The notes beneath the pieces are model-generated. The model saw nothing but the letters and a program-made list of their open reading frames with translations. It was not told the origin of the DNA and did no database searches. This document shows, piece after piece, positions 1 to 13,239 of a stretch of DNA of 64,000 nucleotides. The translations under genes were made by a program, and so were the position numbers. Within the stretch, counting starts at the first letter, position 1. Every line of letters starts with the position of its first letter. The DNA comes from Camelus dromedarius (taxonomy: Eukaryota), in the NCBI RefSeq assembly GCF_036321535.1, contig NC_087437.1, positions 29,638,001 to 29,702,000 of the forward strand, in the 5' to 3' direction.

Positions 1-446
1 TTGTTAAATTATGGTGTTATTGAATGAAATATTTTAACAAATAGTATATCAATGGAACAAAAATTCAGTAACTTACTGCCATGGGTAAAAGACATAGCCT
101 TTCATCTTCTCCCTCATATTTTAGCTGGCATTTAGAGCAGTAAAGTCTAAAAGATTAAAAGGAGAAAAAGTAAAAGTAATGCCATCCATTGAGGGCTTAC
201 AGTGTGCCAAGCACCTTACTAAAATATTAAGACATTACCTCGGTTTTCCTCATAATAACCCAATGTGGTAACAGTAATTAATTTTACAGATGCAGAAACT
301 AAGGGCTAAAAAGTAAAATGCCTATGATGACAGATCTCTTAAGGGAAAGAATTGGGCTTTACACCTGACTGTCTGATTTCAAGGCCTTGCAACCAATGAC
401 AAGCTACACCAAAGGTGGAAATTGGGAGTCTAAAAAGCTAGCTTCC

Positions 447-901
447 AAAACCAACAACATAACGCCATTTGCAGCAACATGGAGCTCCCGGAGAATGTCA
501 TTCAAAGTGAAGTAAGCCAGAAAGAGAAAGAAAAATACCATATGAGATCGTTCATATGTGGAATCTAAAAAAAAAAAAAAAAAAACAAAACACACACACA
601 AACAAAGCCTAAATACAAAACAGAAACAGACTCATAGACATAGAATACAAACTTGTGGTTGCCAAGGAGGTGCAGGGTGGGAAGGGATAGACTAGGATTT
701 CAAAATTGTAGAATAGATAAACAAGATTATACTGTGTAGCACAGAGAAATATATACAAGATCTTACGGTAGCTCACGGAGAAAAAAATGTGGCAGTGAAT
801 ATATATATGTTCATGTATAACTGAAAAATTGTGCTCTACACTGGAATTTGATACAACATTGTAAAATGATCATAAATCAATAAAAAATGTTAAAAAAAAA
901 A
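447..901 (+). mobile_element. Young 5'-truncated LINE-1 (3' UTR end with poly-A), camelid-type
   Basis: L1 3' motifs (gccatttgcagcaacatgg...aagtgaagtaagccag...atgtggaatct), AATAAA and A-tail. Perfect 15-bp TSD AAAAAGCTAGCTTCC at 432-446 and 902-916; ct/aaaaa endonuclease-like site. Confidence 0.95.
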
Positions 902-1474
902 AAAAAGCTAGCTTCCCCCTGAAGTAAATCTCTGCATTCAGACTGTATCTCGTTTGTGACACTAGCGCTCTGATATCCTTAGCTGAACTTGAAGTGTTCT
1001 GTTTGTCATGCATTTCCCTTTGCTTGTCAGTCAGCTGAAACCATCCAACGTGAATGACGTCTTTCCATTGAGTCCAGTGTGTTGCCAGGCACACAGTGGG
1101 ATACAGGCTAAGCTGGAGGAGGCTGAATTATGTATCAGACTCCTCAGTCTGTGGACTTTTAGATAAAGTGTATTTGCCAGGAGAGCTCTATGTTCTGTCA
1201 CTTATTTGTTCCTGCCGGAATCGAGGTGGGTGCCCCACACTGCAGGCTGCAAAATAACAGATGAGGCTGTGTTGGTCACTGTGGAAACCAGACTTCTGAG
1301 ATGAAAGAACCTCTTGGCACTGCTGTGTGAGCACACTTCAGTAGCATGCAATCTCTGCCTTATCGAAGTCTGATTTCTCCCAATTACTTAAAGATCTCCA
1401 ACTATAAAATGTCAATTTTCCAAGGCGCTGGTCTGGATACTTTTAAAGGATGTCTAACAAAGCTTTGAACAACT

Positions 1475-1952
1475 TGTGGTAGGTGGAATGATGGACTTCT
1501 GAAGATGGTGTAACTTCTGGAACCTGTGACTGTATCACCTCACATGGCGAATTACAGTCGAAGATGCAAGTAGGATTGCTAATTAGCTGACCTTAAAGCA
1601 GAGAACTTATTCTGGATTATATGGGTGGGCCCAATGTAATGACAAGTGTCCTTAAATGTTGGAGGGCGGGAAGCAGAAGAAAAATCAGAGTGATGTGATG
1701 GGAGAAGGACTCAATTCATGGCGATGGAGGAGGAAGGCCACCAGCCTTGGAATGTGGGTGATGTCTAGAAGTTAGAAAGGGCAAGGAAATGGAGTCTCCC
1801 CTAGAGCCTCCAGGAGAAACACAGCCCTGCCAGTACCTTATTTTAGCCCAGTCAGACTTCCAGACTACAGAACTGTAAGAGAAGAAATTTGTGTTGTTTT
1901 CAGCCACTGAGTTTGTGGTCATGTGTTTCAGCCAAAGTAGGAAACTAATACA
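1475..1952 (+). mobile_element. MaLR solo LTR (MLT1C/D-like)
   Basis: Starts tgtggtagg and ends ggaaactaataca; contains typical MLT1 segments (ggattatatgggtgggcccaatgtaat; ctagagcctccaggagaaacacagccctgcc). Confidence 0.85.
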
Positions 1953-2899
1953 CCTATGAGAGATATTAGTGAATACTTGAAGACCTATGGTTTTGTGAAT
2001 TTAGAAGTTGTGTCTGGGCCAAGACAGCTCCATGGTTAGAAACAGGCACAGGAGTACCAAGGTGGGGATAGAACAGAGCACAACCCTGGGATTAAACAGC
2101 ACTTTGAAAGCTGATTGAAGGTATAAGAGCAGGGCTTCCTGGATCATGTTGCCAGTGTCAGTTACCTGAGCAAATTTCTAAAATTAATTTTGGTTAGTTA
2201 CATTTGAAGTATGGAAATAATGGATCTGGGCTCTAGAAGGTTGTGAACTTATAAGAGAAAACAGCGGCAAACCATTAAAGGGAAAATATAAATGTTCAGT
2301 ATTCTTGCAAACTTTTACTCAACTTCCTCTATCTGTATAATATAGAAAAAATTACTATATTGATTTCCTAGGTTCTTGGGCAGTGTTACAGAATTCTTAA
2401 TGTAAAGCTAAGGAGACTCACACAAAATTTAGTGTATCCTAAAGTACTAAACTTAAACTAATATTAATTTTTTCTCAGCTGATAATTTCTGAGTGCCCAC
2501 CACATTTAAGATACTAATGTATGTGCTATGGAATATAAATATATGTTTCTTCCATTTCTCAAGGACTTAATACTAGAACATGTATACATATATTTATAGA
2601 AAGAGAGAGAACGTTCACACACACAAACAATTTTGTCATAGAAGATAGAAAGAGAGATACAAAAGATATAGATAGAAGCCTTGTGAGGTTACAGTGCAGT
2701 GAACAACTATATTTGCTGCATATAGCCATGTTTCAAAGACAATCTTTAGCCCTCACTCTGTAGTTAGGTACTGTATAGTCTCCCTATTTTAAGATTAAGA
2801 AAGTCAGACTCAGAAAAGTGACTTACTCAGGCCAAATGGCCAGGTGGTGACTCAGACAAATTGCTTATTCTAAAAAAAGCTGGTTTAAATTGTCTCAGC

Positions 2900-3105
2900 C
2901 TTGTACCTGGTGCGGTTCTCAATGTTTTACTTCCGCATCACAACCTATGAAGTAGGTCCTTCTATTATTCCCATTTCACAGGTGACAAAGCAGAGGCACA
3001 AAGAGGTTAAGTCTCCTCTCCCGAAGTCGCACAGTCAGTAAGCGGCAGGGCTTACGACCCAAGCCCAGGCACTCTGGCTCTGCAGTCCTTTGCTTAACTA
3101 CTATC
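2900..3105 (-). mobile_element. MIR SINE
   Basis: Reverse MIR core: tattattcccatttcacaggtgacaaagcagaggcacaaagaggttaagt...cttaactactat. Confidence 0.85.
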
Positions 3106-6100
3106 CACACGAAGTCCTCACAGTGATTCTTCTCTAACAAACAAAGAGGGTTTCCCTATAAACCTGTCTTAAACTGGAGCCTAAAACACTGCCCAATAGG
3201 GAACCTTAGAACTTGTCATTTTTATGGATGTGAATTAACACTGTACTATTTTATTGGGGAGAGTGTTCAAACAGAAAAGAATCTCTAGCAAAGTCGTAAG
3301 GAGCAATTACTGTATTTGTGACAAGAGCCTCAGGCTCGTTGTGACTCCTGCCATGACTTCAGTGGAAAGATGTCAAGGCTTAAGCCGTTTATTCTGAAAT
3401 TCCTGAAGGTTTGAGAACCCTCTCGTTAATTTTCTTGGTGTTGTGTAAATATTACATGAAACTGTGGTTGCTTGCTTTATTCACAACTTATTAAAACAAA
3501 GCACTTTTGCATGTGTTTCCTTCTCCTTTTATTTAGTTTTTAACATTCCTTTGAATTGCCCTTCAAACATATCTGTACGTTCTGAGAATTGGACAGTTGA
3601 CTAAAACAACAAAATATGTGAAGGAGAATTTGAGTGAGAAATTCTCTAGGTGTCTGTTTCTCCACTTCAGAACAGTGTTATTTTCATCTGTTTGCATTTC
3701 CCAGGCTTGTGACAATGTCAGAGTGTTCTGGCAAAGTGATAATAGTTTTCTGGAAAAACTGGAAGGAAAGGACACATCCGTCTTCATCTGGCAATCTGTG
3801 GTTAATTAGCTGATTTTCAGTGAAGTATGACAATAGGTGAGCACTGCCTTACTTATATACAAGACTGGGTTTATATCGGGCTGTTGGTGTGAGATTATTT
3901 TGTAATTATTTCTTTCCTCAGAATGAATAGAAATCCAAACTTTTTATTCGCAATTAACCTGAAGCTATGAGTTTTACTCTCAGCTCCGATTTGCTGTGAA
4001 ATGATAATACGGATGTGGTAAGCAGTACCTTGGACAATGAGGAAAATAAATAGTCTTAAGGACCCCCGTTGGCTTGGATTTTGTCACCTGTGTTCTTATT
4101 TAATTCTCAGATAATCCTGTTTTGCAAGTAAACAAACTTAAACTCACAGAAATTGAAAATTTTGCCCAAGCTCACCTTGGTAGTTATCAAAGTTCTATCC
4201 ATCTGGCATCATAAGAATCTTTAAAGTTACCGTATATACTAGGTACTGTTTACCAGCATTCAGATGAGCAAAAGTAACACTGGGGTTGTATTTTAAACTA
4301 TTGAGTTTGCATCTGAATTTAAATTTAGATTCTGCTCATTAGTTGTATGATACTGGATTTAACAACTTCAGTCCATTTGAATCAATTTCCTTACTAGGAA
4401 GGTAGGAACAGTATTACCTATTTGCAGTTTTTGTTAAGAATATTAGAGATAATATATTTGAAATGCTCAACATAATGCCTGATACAGAGCAGCCACCAGT
4501 GAGTAGTAGCTATTGTTATTAATTTATAAGCTACTTTTCATTATGTTCCAAATACGCAAAAAAAGTTCAGTAGGGAAAAAAATGTTTACCCCCTTTACAA
4601 ATATATCTCTGTGAGGAAGAGTTGTCAGTGAATTGCTAAACACGTCAAACTGCAGTTATCTTTGTGGTAGCACGTGCAAAGTAATTCAAGGACACTACAG
4701 TGAAGGAAGGAGTCATATAACCCACGCCAGTGCCCACGGGCCCAGGCCCGGGGCGTGCAACAATAGGTAACAAGGCTGACCCATTGGTAGGATAGTCTTT
4801 CTGGATTCATATTGGCTCAGGCATGTGGGTGTAAATAAACCTGAAGATTGAAGCTTCCCAAAATCTACAGCATGGTTGAGGGGAGTACTGGGGGGAGTAA
4901 AGCCGACTCAACGGCAGTATCGATGACCTGCCGTGAAATGCCACATGACCTTCTTAGATTTTCCAAGATGAAAGGGCCATATTCCAAAAAGACCACCAAT
5001 TTATATCCCAATTAGTAGTCCATGGACTGCTTATTTTGTTAAATTTTGTCAAACCTCAAAAACTGTTTTTTTTCCCCCTCAAAGGATTAATTTTCTTGAT
5101 TCCTTATCAAGCTAAAGCCAAAATTAAAAGGCAGGAGTAATACTTCCCTCTGATGAATTAAGAGATTAATTGATCTGAGATCTCAAAGACTTGAGCTAGC
5201 AGGGAAGTCAAAAATAAATAAACAACAAATAATGAGACAAATCTTGATAGCAGGACTCTCACGGCAGCCCAAAGTAAAACTGCAGCTGCTGAAGTTACTG
5301 TTGCCTGTGCTGTAGAAGGCTTCTGAAAATGAGAAAGGGAAAAGCATCAGGGTCCATTATGACATTTCTACTTAGCCTTGAAGTGATCCTGAGTGTAATG
5401 GAGGTGCCTCTTAAAAACACAGATTTCAAAGTGTAATGCTGAAGACTCCAACCTACATTTTAAACAAGATCCCAGGTGGTTCTGAGGCAGATAGTTTTTA
5501 GAGCACATGGGGAGGAACATGGGCCCCCTGGCCTCCACTCTGGCTACACACTGAATTAACTGGGGAGCTCCAAAAACCTCGGATGGCCAACAGCCACCAG
5601 TGGAGGGACTTGCAAAGTGATGAAAAGATTGTGATTTTCCAACATATTTTAAAACCTTATGAAATGCTTTAGGCACATTCAGGACCTTGCAGTGACTTCC
5701 ATGGTACTTATGTTTCAGTTATTAGAAAGGTGTGGTTAACAAAAATTCTAGACACCCAGATTTTATGGGTGTCTTTTTATTTTTGCTCAGAGAAAAGGAG
5801 GAACAAAGTAAACTTCTCAGGCTGTTCGTGAAGAATCTGACAAATATCAGGTTTTATGAGAAGGTCTTCACTAAAATATAAATAAATACATTTTATTACT
5901 TTTCTGATAGTTTCTTTGCAGTTAGGATGCAGTTTTATTGCTATTGTTGTGACGTTATGTCCACAGTATGTCCCTGAGTTTGGACTGAGGAAAAGCTTTG
6001 AATTCTGATAGCACATATGTATGTATGCCTCTTTTCTAGTGTTAGAATTAGTGATTGTTCACTTAATTATTTTAACAACCTACTTGTAGAAGGCTTGACT

Positions 6101-8056
6101 CTTCAAGGTTCAAACCTACTTCATTAATAGTTATCTCTTACATAAGTGATCCATAAAACATTGACAAGTAATTTTTATAAATGATAAATTTTGCTTCTAC
6201 CACTATCAGTTGCTCCAAAGGTTAATGGCAGGCTTGTCATTTCTCCCAGAGTTTCATTAGGCGGGTATTGTCAGGAAGGTATTTACCAGCACTGACATGT
6301 TTACAGAATCAATAGTGGTAATGAGGAGCTGCTTTCTTCTGGCAGTAGAAGTAAAATACAGGTGTCATTTTGCTTGTCACATGCCTTGAATCAGGGATCT
6401 GGGTCTTCCTGAACTTGCCAGCTATGTTATTGGTTGCCCACAGGCAGACAGAGAATTTGGTAAATGACAGCAAACGACATAGATTAAGGTGATGGACAAG
6501 CCAGTATGCCTTTCAGTATGTTTCTCGAAAATAATATTCTATGGCCACAGGAGAGGAAAAGGGTTAGTTTAAGTAGGGCATGGTGAGTGGTAAAAATAAA
6601 GTTGGGGCAACCACATGTCACCTTATCTTTCTTTTCAGCAATATATTTTAAAAAACCACACATTTAATTATGTAAGACAGTGACTTTGCTAAGAGGATTT
6701 GGGATTGAAACTGGTTATTCCTGTATTTAATTGCTCTGTAAAGCCCCCAGTGTTTCTGGCTTGAACTAATTCAGGGGCCTCTCGTTCTGCTCAGTGACTT
6801 TAAGAATGTGACTCATTAAACAAAAACTTGGGAGCTTAGAAGAGATGATAATCCTCAACTGGATAAACATTTTTACCTGCATATTTATGAGCTCAATAAA
6901 GATAAGCATATATTTTCATATTGGATGATGTTAGATTCATTGCTTATTTAAAAGCAAAAATACAACAAAAAGTGCTGCATTTAGAGGCAACTGTCATTGT
7001 TGGTTTGTAAGATTACAGTATCTGAGTTCCCCTAGAATGCAAAGGGGGGACTTTGTTTTATTCACAACTTTCTCCTCAGAACACAGAACAGTGCCCACCT
7101 CAGAGTAGGCACTCAGTAAATACCTGGTTGGAGGTTGAACATTTAGCCACTGATAAACAGACTCTAATACTAAGAATTTACCACATTTTAACAATATGCT
7201 TCCCTTTGTGTCAAAGAGAGGAAAGTAGTAAAACATATTTGTAAAAAAAAAAAAAAAAATGGTGGGAAGTAAGAAGGCAGGTGTTGCAAGCTGAGGAAAA
7301 AGTCTGTGTACAAAGGCCCTGATAGAAAATTTCAAAGATCTCCAGGGGAATGAAAAGTTGGGTACAAAAAGGAAAGCCATTAGAGTTGAGAATATAGCTT
7401 AGCTGTTAACAGTCATAACAGTGTAAACACTGCAGATTGATCTACCCAAGACTACAATATGACAATTAGAAGAACGATTAATGAGAAGGATATTAATTTG
7501 TGGTGTGAGAATGCACCCCTTTTCACTACCCTGATAGAAAATGAAATGGCAAAGCCCCAGACTGAGTGAAGAAGCAGCAGTACAAGCATAAAATGTTAAA
7601 ACGTGGGAAGAAATCCCAAAAAAATTAGCTAAAAAAAATGGAAGTGGTTGCCTGTGAGCAGGGGAGAATAATGTGGCTGCTGGTTTTATATGTATATGTG
7701 TTTTGTTTGTTTGTTTTATAATAAAAGTTGCAGAAGTTCTTCAGAAAACCAGAATTACAAGGAGTGTCACGTTAAGGCTAGTGGATTGGCGACATCATCC
7801 TAGGACCATGTTGTTGGTTATCTGATGTTCCTGTGGCTGCACTAAGGAATCTTAATATCAAATCTAGGGCAGGTCCACATCCACAGCCCTATGACATGCA
7901 TTTCACTCAGTAGCACAGTGCCAAATAGGTGTTAAAAGTGAAGAAATCATGGACTATAAAAATGAATCAGCTAATTCCACAGCTAGATTTAATCTGTGGC
8001 TAACAGCTGGGGCCTTGCTGTTGGGGAAACTGGGGCACCCAGAAGAAAAGTGTTTT

Positions 8057-8249
8057 CCAAGACTGGGGTTAGAGAACAAGCCTATTACTTCTTGCATGAA
8101 TCTTTCTATCCAAGTTGTTTAACTCAGTCCTTGACAGATTTACCTCCAAATGCCAAGACTGGGGTTAGAGAACAAGCCTATTACTTCTTGCATGAATCTT
8201 TCTATCCAAGTTGTTTAACTCACTCCTTGACAGATTTACCTCCAAATGC
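8057..8249. repeat. 96-bp direct tandem duplication (2 copies, 1 mismatch)
   Basis: 8057-8152 and 8153-8248 are identical except G8127/C8223; also visible as the duplicated peptide in ORF 7996..8271. Confidence 0.97.
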
Positions 8250-8263
8250 TACATCAGATCTAT

Positions 8264-8530
8264 TGCTCTAGACTGAATCATGTCCTCCCAAAATTTGTAT
8301 GTTGAAACCCTAACTCCCCGGGAATGGTATTGAAGATAGAGCTTTGGGGAGATAACTAGGTCTACCTAAGGGTATGAGGGTGGGGCCCTCATTATGGGAT
8401 TAGTGCCCTTATAAGAAGGGACATCAGAGAGCTAGCTTTCTCCTCTCTCTCTCCTTCTCTTCACCCCGGTCTCTCTGCCATGTGAGGACACAGCAAGAAG
8501 ATGACACTCTGCCAGCCAGGAGGAGTGTCT
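8264..8530 (+). mobile_element. MaLR LTR 5' part (MLT1A/B-like), 3'-truncated
   Basis: tgctctagactgaat...aaatttgtatgttgaaaccctaactcc...gggattagtgcccttataaga...gccatgtgaggacacagcaagaag. Confidence 0.85.
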
Positions 8531-9209
8531 TAGAGTTTTGAAACACAGAGCAGGATATTTGGCCTTGTCCTGGTACGTGCACTATAGTAGCTATCTTTCA
8601 AACTTTCCTCCAATCATGGATGTATTTCACTTTTCAGTTATGGGGAAAAAGTAAGTTGTTTATTAAAAACAGTAGAAGTTAATTTCAAACTTTTTTCAAA
8701 AACAATAGGAATTCTTTTTCATATTGTTACCATGTACAGGAACAATATAACCCAGCAATGTACTGGAAGCTTTAATTACTATATATTCAAATAATTTTAT
8801 TACTCATAAATGGTCAATTATTACTTTTTTAGTATACACATGGTTACTTCAGTTTAATATATGAGTTTAGCTTCAGGCTTTATGTCAGTAGGAATGTGTC
8901 ATAACTTAAGCCTCAACCCTGATATTTATATGGGTATTATCAGTTGAACCGGTCAGAGAACCTAGATGGAGCTGATGTGAGTTAATTTGTATCAGTATAA
9001 AAAGAGCTAAAAGGAGAGGGAAAGGTTTCCAAAGGAAACTAACCCAGGGAATTTTGCTGAAAGAAGTAGAAATACAGGTTGACAAAAGAGTTTCCTGAGA
9101 GTCTTAGAAATTGAAGGGGAGTGAGCTATTCTGCTTTGATACCCAGTGAAAAAATGTGACCCAAAGAGAGAGGCTTATCTCAACTTTGCACCCACTGTTT
9201 CCATTCCAC

Positions 9210-9570
9210 CAAAGCTTCCTACTGTAAGCACCTGGGACCGTCTTTCCTCAGGGTGTTCTCTGGCTGCAGAAGAGTGTTCTGAAGTGCTGGGGTGTTAACA
9301 CCCCCAGGGGAAGCCCTCAACCAATAAGAGACAAGAGTTGGTGGAAACTTTCCAGCTTCCCAAGTGGGGCAACTTTGAGATGCATTCCATAGGATTCCAG
9401 AGTTCCCCAACAAGAGTGACCCCCAGTTGCCCACAGTGGCGACCTGCCCCTAGGACATCCTCTGTTGGCTTCTTTCCTTTCTCTGTCTCACATCACACCC
9501 TCCCCTTTCCTATTAGTGCTTCCTAGAATCCTCTCCCAACAAGCTGCTTGTTAAATCCTAGTCTGTGGAA
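9210..9570 (+). mobile_element. ERVL solo LTR (LTR16-like)
   Basis: ccccaggggaagccctcaaccaat...cccagttgcccacagtgg...tgcttcctagaatcctctcccaa...aaatcct resembles the LTR16 family. Confidence 0.7.
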
Positions 9571-11280
9571 ATTAAAGTCATCGGCTCTGATTCATGCTAC
9601 ACTCAGCTGCCAGAGAGAGCCTTTCAAAACACACATTTGATTATACGGGCTTCTTATTTAAAAGCCTCCCGGTGCCCTAACATTGCGCATATGACCTGCC
9701 CCTAACCCACCTTTCTGCCTGTTCTCATGTTGTCATTTTCTTCATCGGTCATTACTCTCCAGCCACAGTGGTTTCTGTGCTATTCTCAAACAGCATCCTG
9801 TTTTCTTTGGGGTACACTGTAAGAAACACCCCTGAAAATCTCAGTAATGTATCAACTACAAGGATGTTGTTAAGTGTTAGGATTTTAGGAGCCAATAAAT
9901 AACAGTCTTCTTCAAATCCAAGACCTGACCAGTTGCGAGAAGCAGAGGCATCTGATGGATGAAGGTCAGTATTTCGACTTCCTGCTGAGAGGGCCAATGG
10001 AGGAGGAGTCTGTCTCTGGCGAAATGGACTCCCTGAGGCTTCGCCCACGACTGAGAGAGACTCACCAGCTGGGTCACAGGTGAAGGTAGACAGCAGCAAT
10101 CTATCCCGCATCTCCCTGAGGCTGAGCTGCACCCTGAGATTTGCCCTGAGGAGCTTCAGAGAATTCAGACTCCCAGAAAGCAGGTTGGTTCCAAGAATAA
10201 TAAATGAGGAAGGCTCTGAGCTATACACACTGTTTCTCTCAGACTCCTCAATCAGCTGAATCATTCCTCCCTATGGAGGGAGGGGGTGAAAGAGAAGCCT
10301 CTGGTGCAGGTCTCCTGCTTTCCCCCCTAGAGGGGCGTGCACCTTCCTTTCTCCCAGGCCCCTCCCACTAAAATACAGGACCGGGCTCACTAAGTTCACA
10401 CCTTGTCTTCTATGCAGAGACTCAATAGCAAAACTACCCCTCAGGTTTTATACTTAAAATAGCTATTTAATAGCTAGTGTGCTCTTAAGGCTTTTTTAGA
10501 CAATGTTGTTGTTGTTTTCAGATTAGCTGCCAGAAATGCACAGTTAAATTTGTGGCCCACTTCTAATAAATCAAATAGGACCATGATTAGGTACATTGGG
10601 TACCAGCTGTAGCTCAGGATCTCATTTTTCCTCCCTTAATTTCCACTTCAGCTGATTCACGTACATTTTTTAACTTATTTTATTCTGATAGTAGTGTCTG
10701 TATCTTTGTGTGTACCTAAAACACTTCCCTGAAAAGCTTGGTTATAAGGAATATTCTTTAAATTATCATCATAATTTTAGTGGATGTATAATATTCATTT
10801 TTCTAGGTTCCTAAACCGCTTCTGTATTATTCATTTCTTAAGGAGGCTGTTTCACTATTTCACTGTTATATATAAAACTGCAATCGTCTTTATGCAGATA
10901 GCTTTTTTCCTCTATTATTTTCATTATTTCTCATCTCTCTAAGAAGACTTCATATGTGTTTGATAATTGGAGATAAGGGATGTAAGCAGTTTTCCAGCCT
11001 CTATGTATTTTTCCACATTGCTATCATAAAAAGTTGTGACAACTTACTACTGCCAGTAACAGATTATTTTAGCAGTTTCAACAAAACCTTCCCAGGTTTG
11101 GGTGTTAAATGTTAAAAAATTTTTACTAGTTTCATAAGTGTAAAGTAACACTTCTTTGTTGGCTAATAAGATCATTACTCCACAGTTTTGCTCATTAATT
11201 TTATTTCCAGTTATATGAAATAATTTTCATATCACTGACTTCATTGTTTCTATTATCTATGTGTTCTTTACCTAACATAG

Positions 11281-11781
11281 CGTATTAGTCAGGATTCTCA
11301 AAAGAAACAGAACCAAGAGGGTATTTGTTTGTTTGTTTACTTATTTATTGATTATGAGGAATTGGCTCATGCAATCACAGGGGCTGACAAGTTCTAAGAT
11401 CTGCAGTTAGCAAGCTGGAGACCCTGGAGAGCCAATGGTGTAGTTCCAGTTCCAAGGTTTGTAGACTTGAGATGTAGGAAGAACCAATCTTTCAGTTTAA
11501 GTCTTAAGGCAGATAAAATCTGATGTCCCAGTTTGAAGGCAGTCAGGCAAGAGGAATTCCCTCCCACATGTGAGAGGGTCAGTCTTTTGGCTCTATCCCG
11601 ACCTTCAACTGGTTGGATGGGGCCCACCCCTTTTAGGGAGGGTAGTCTGCTTTACTCACTCTACCAATTCAATTGTGAATCTCATCCAAAAACACCCTCA
11701 CAAACACCCAGAATAATGTTTGACCACTTGTCTGGTCACCTCATGGTCTGATCAAGTTGACACATAAAGGTCACCATCACA
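11281..11781 (-). mobile_element. ERVL solo LTR (MLT2 family)
   Basis: Reverse MLT2 termini gtattagtcagg...aaacagaacca and tcaagttgacacataaa...ccatcaca; internal gaggaattggctcatgcaat and ccttcaactggttggatggggcccaccc. Confidence 0.9.
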
Positions 11782-13239
11782 CATGAATATTAATCTCTTG
11801 CCTTTTATACTTGCTACAAAAGGGAGCATTTTTAATAAAATTTATTGTTTTCTTTTCTAATATACCTTATATGTCAAAATGTATTAAGATTTCATTCTTT
11901 ACAAGAATTAACCTTTAACCATTATGTTTTGGCAGGCTTACAATTACACACACATATGTGTATACAGCTATTTACATGTATACACACACACACATTTAAC
12001 TCTTTGACATCAACTGTAGCATAAGATAGTATTTCTTATTCTAGGAATCCTGTTGGTAGTAGAACCAAATATCTCAGAATTAGGTAATTTCTGGGTTCTC
12101 ATCAGAGAAGTGAGAAAGGGCAAGGCAGGAGACAGAGGGTAGGAATGTCCTGAAAGGCTTTTGTAAAGAAACTAGCTCAGCTACTAACTCAACAGTCGCC
12201 ACATCAAACCATTAGTGTTTACGTAGAGAATTTACCCACTTGCTGGATTTTACATGCATACAAGTGAGAGAATACCCTTCCCTGTGATCTGTTGGCAGTT
12301 TTTATTTCATGACTGAAGCCTTGAGCCACAGTTTTGAATAATAATTCATACCCCAGAGTAGTTAATGTGGCCATGCCATCAGCCCTCACTCACTCACTCA
12401 AGATTAATATTTTTTCCACTAGGTGATTCAGAAAATATTGACTTTGTATGTTTTATAGATGTATGTCTATAAAGAGACAAAAGCTATTAGTGAATTGGTA
12501 ATTTTTTATACCTGTTTGAAAGTTTTTATTAACAGAAAAATACCACAGACTTGTTGAATCCAATATAGAATTGAGTGTTGTCCATTAACATTCCCTTAGG
12601 AGTCACAATGTGCTTCGGACAGTAGAGCAGAACCAAGGAAAGAAAGGGTTTAAGAATTGAACTTTAAGGCCCTTGATAGCTCTAACTTTCTACTATATAA
12701 GATTTCAATATATCCAGCTCATTTATTATGATGAAGTTACTTGCTGAATCTGGGACACATGGCTATCATATTAATGACCCTATCATTCTTTCTATGTCAT
12801 GAAGATCTCACAGCAGAAAAATTTACGTGGCTCCTTTGACTCATGTTGGAGTATCACATGGTTCTTCAGTCTGTTATAAAATATTTGAATACCTATAACT
12901 GTACTCAGAACTAGCATCAAAGAGGCTGAGTAACCTGACATTTGGTATCACTCCAGGTTTTCCCCCCACTACTGTCATTGGCACACTTTCCTTGGGCTCA
13001 CATTCTAAGACTGAGAACTTAGCCATCCAGACACACCTGACTCCAAACATGGCTGAAAATGTAATCCTCAGCTGGGCAGCCATGGGCCAACTACAATTCT
13101 AAAGTTGTGTAAGAACTGAGGAACAGATTTTGTGGACAACTAGCAGCTTCAGCGACATCATCTAAGAAAGTCAGACTTTATTTACAAAAACAGGCAGTAG
13201 AAGAGATTTAGCTCAATGGCCATAATTTACTGACCACCC

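Noticed and set aside
8057..8249. CRISPR-like or coding-repeat interpretation of the direct repeat
   Set aside because: Only two contiguous copies with no spacers, in a mammalian context.
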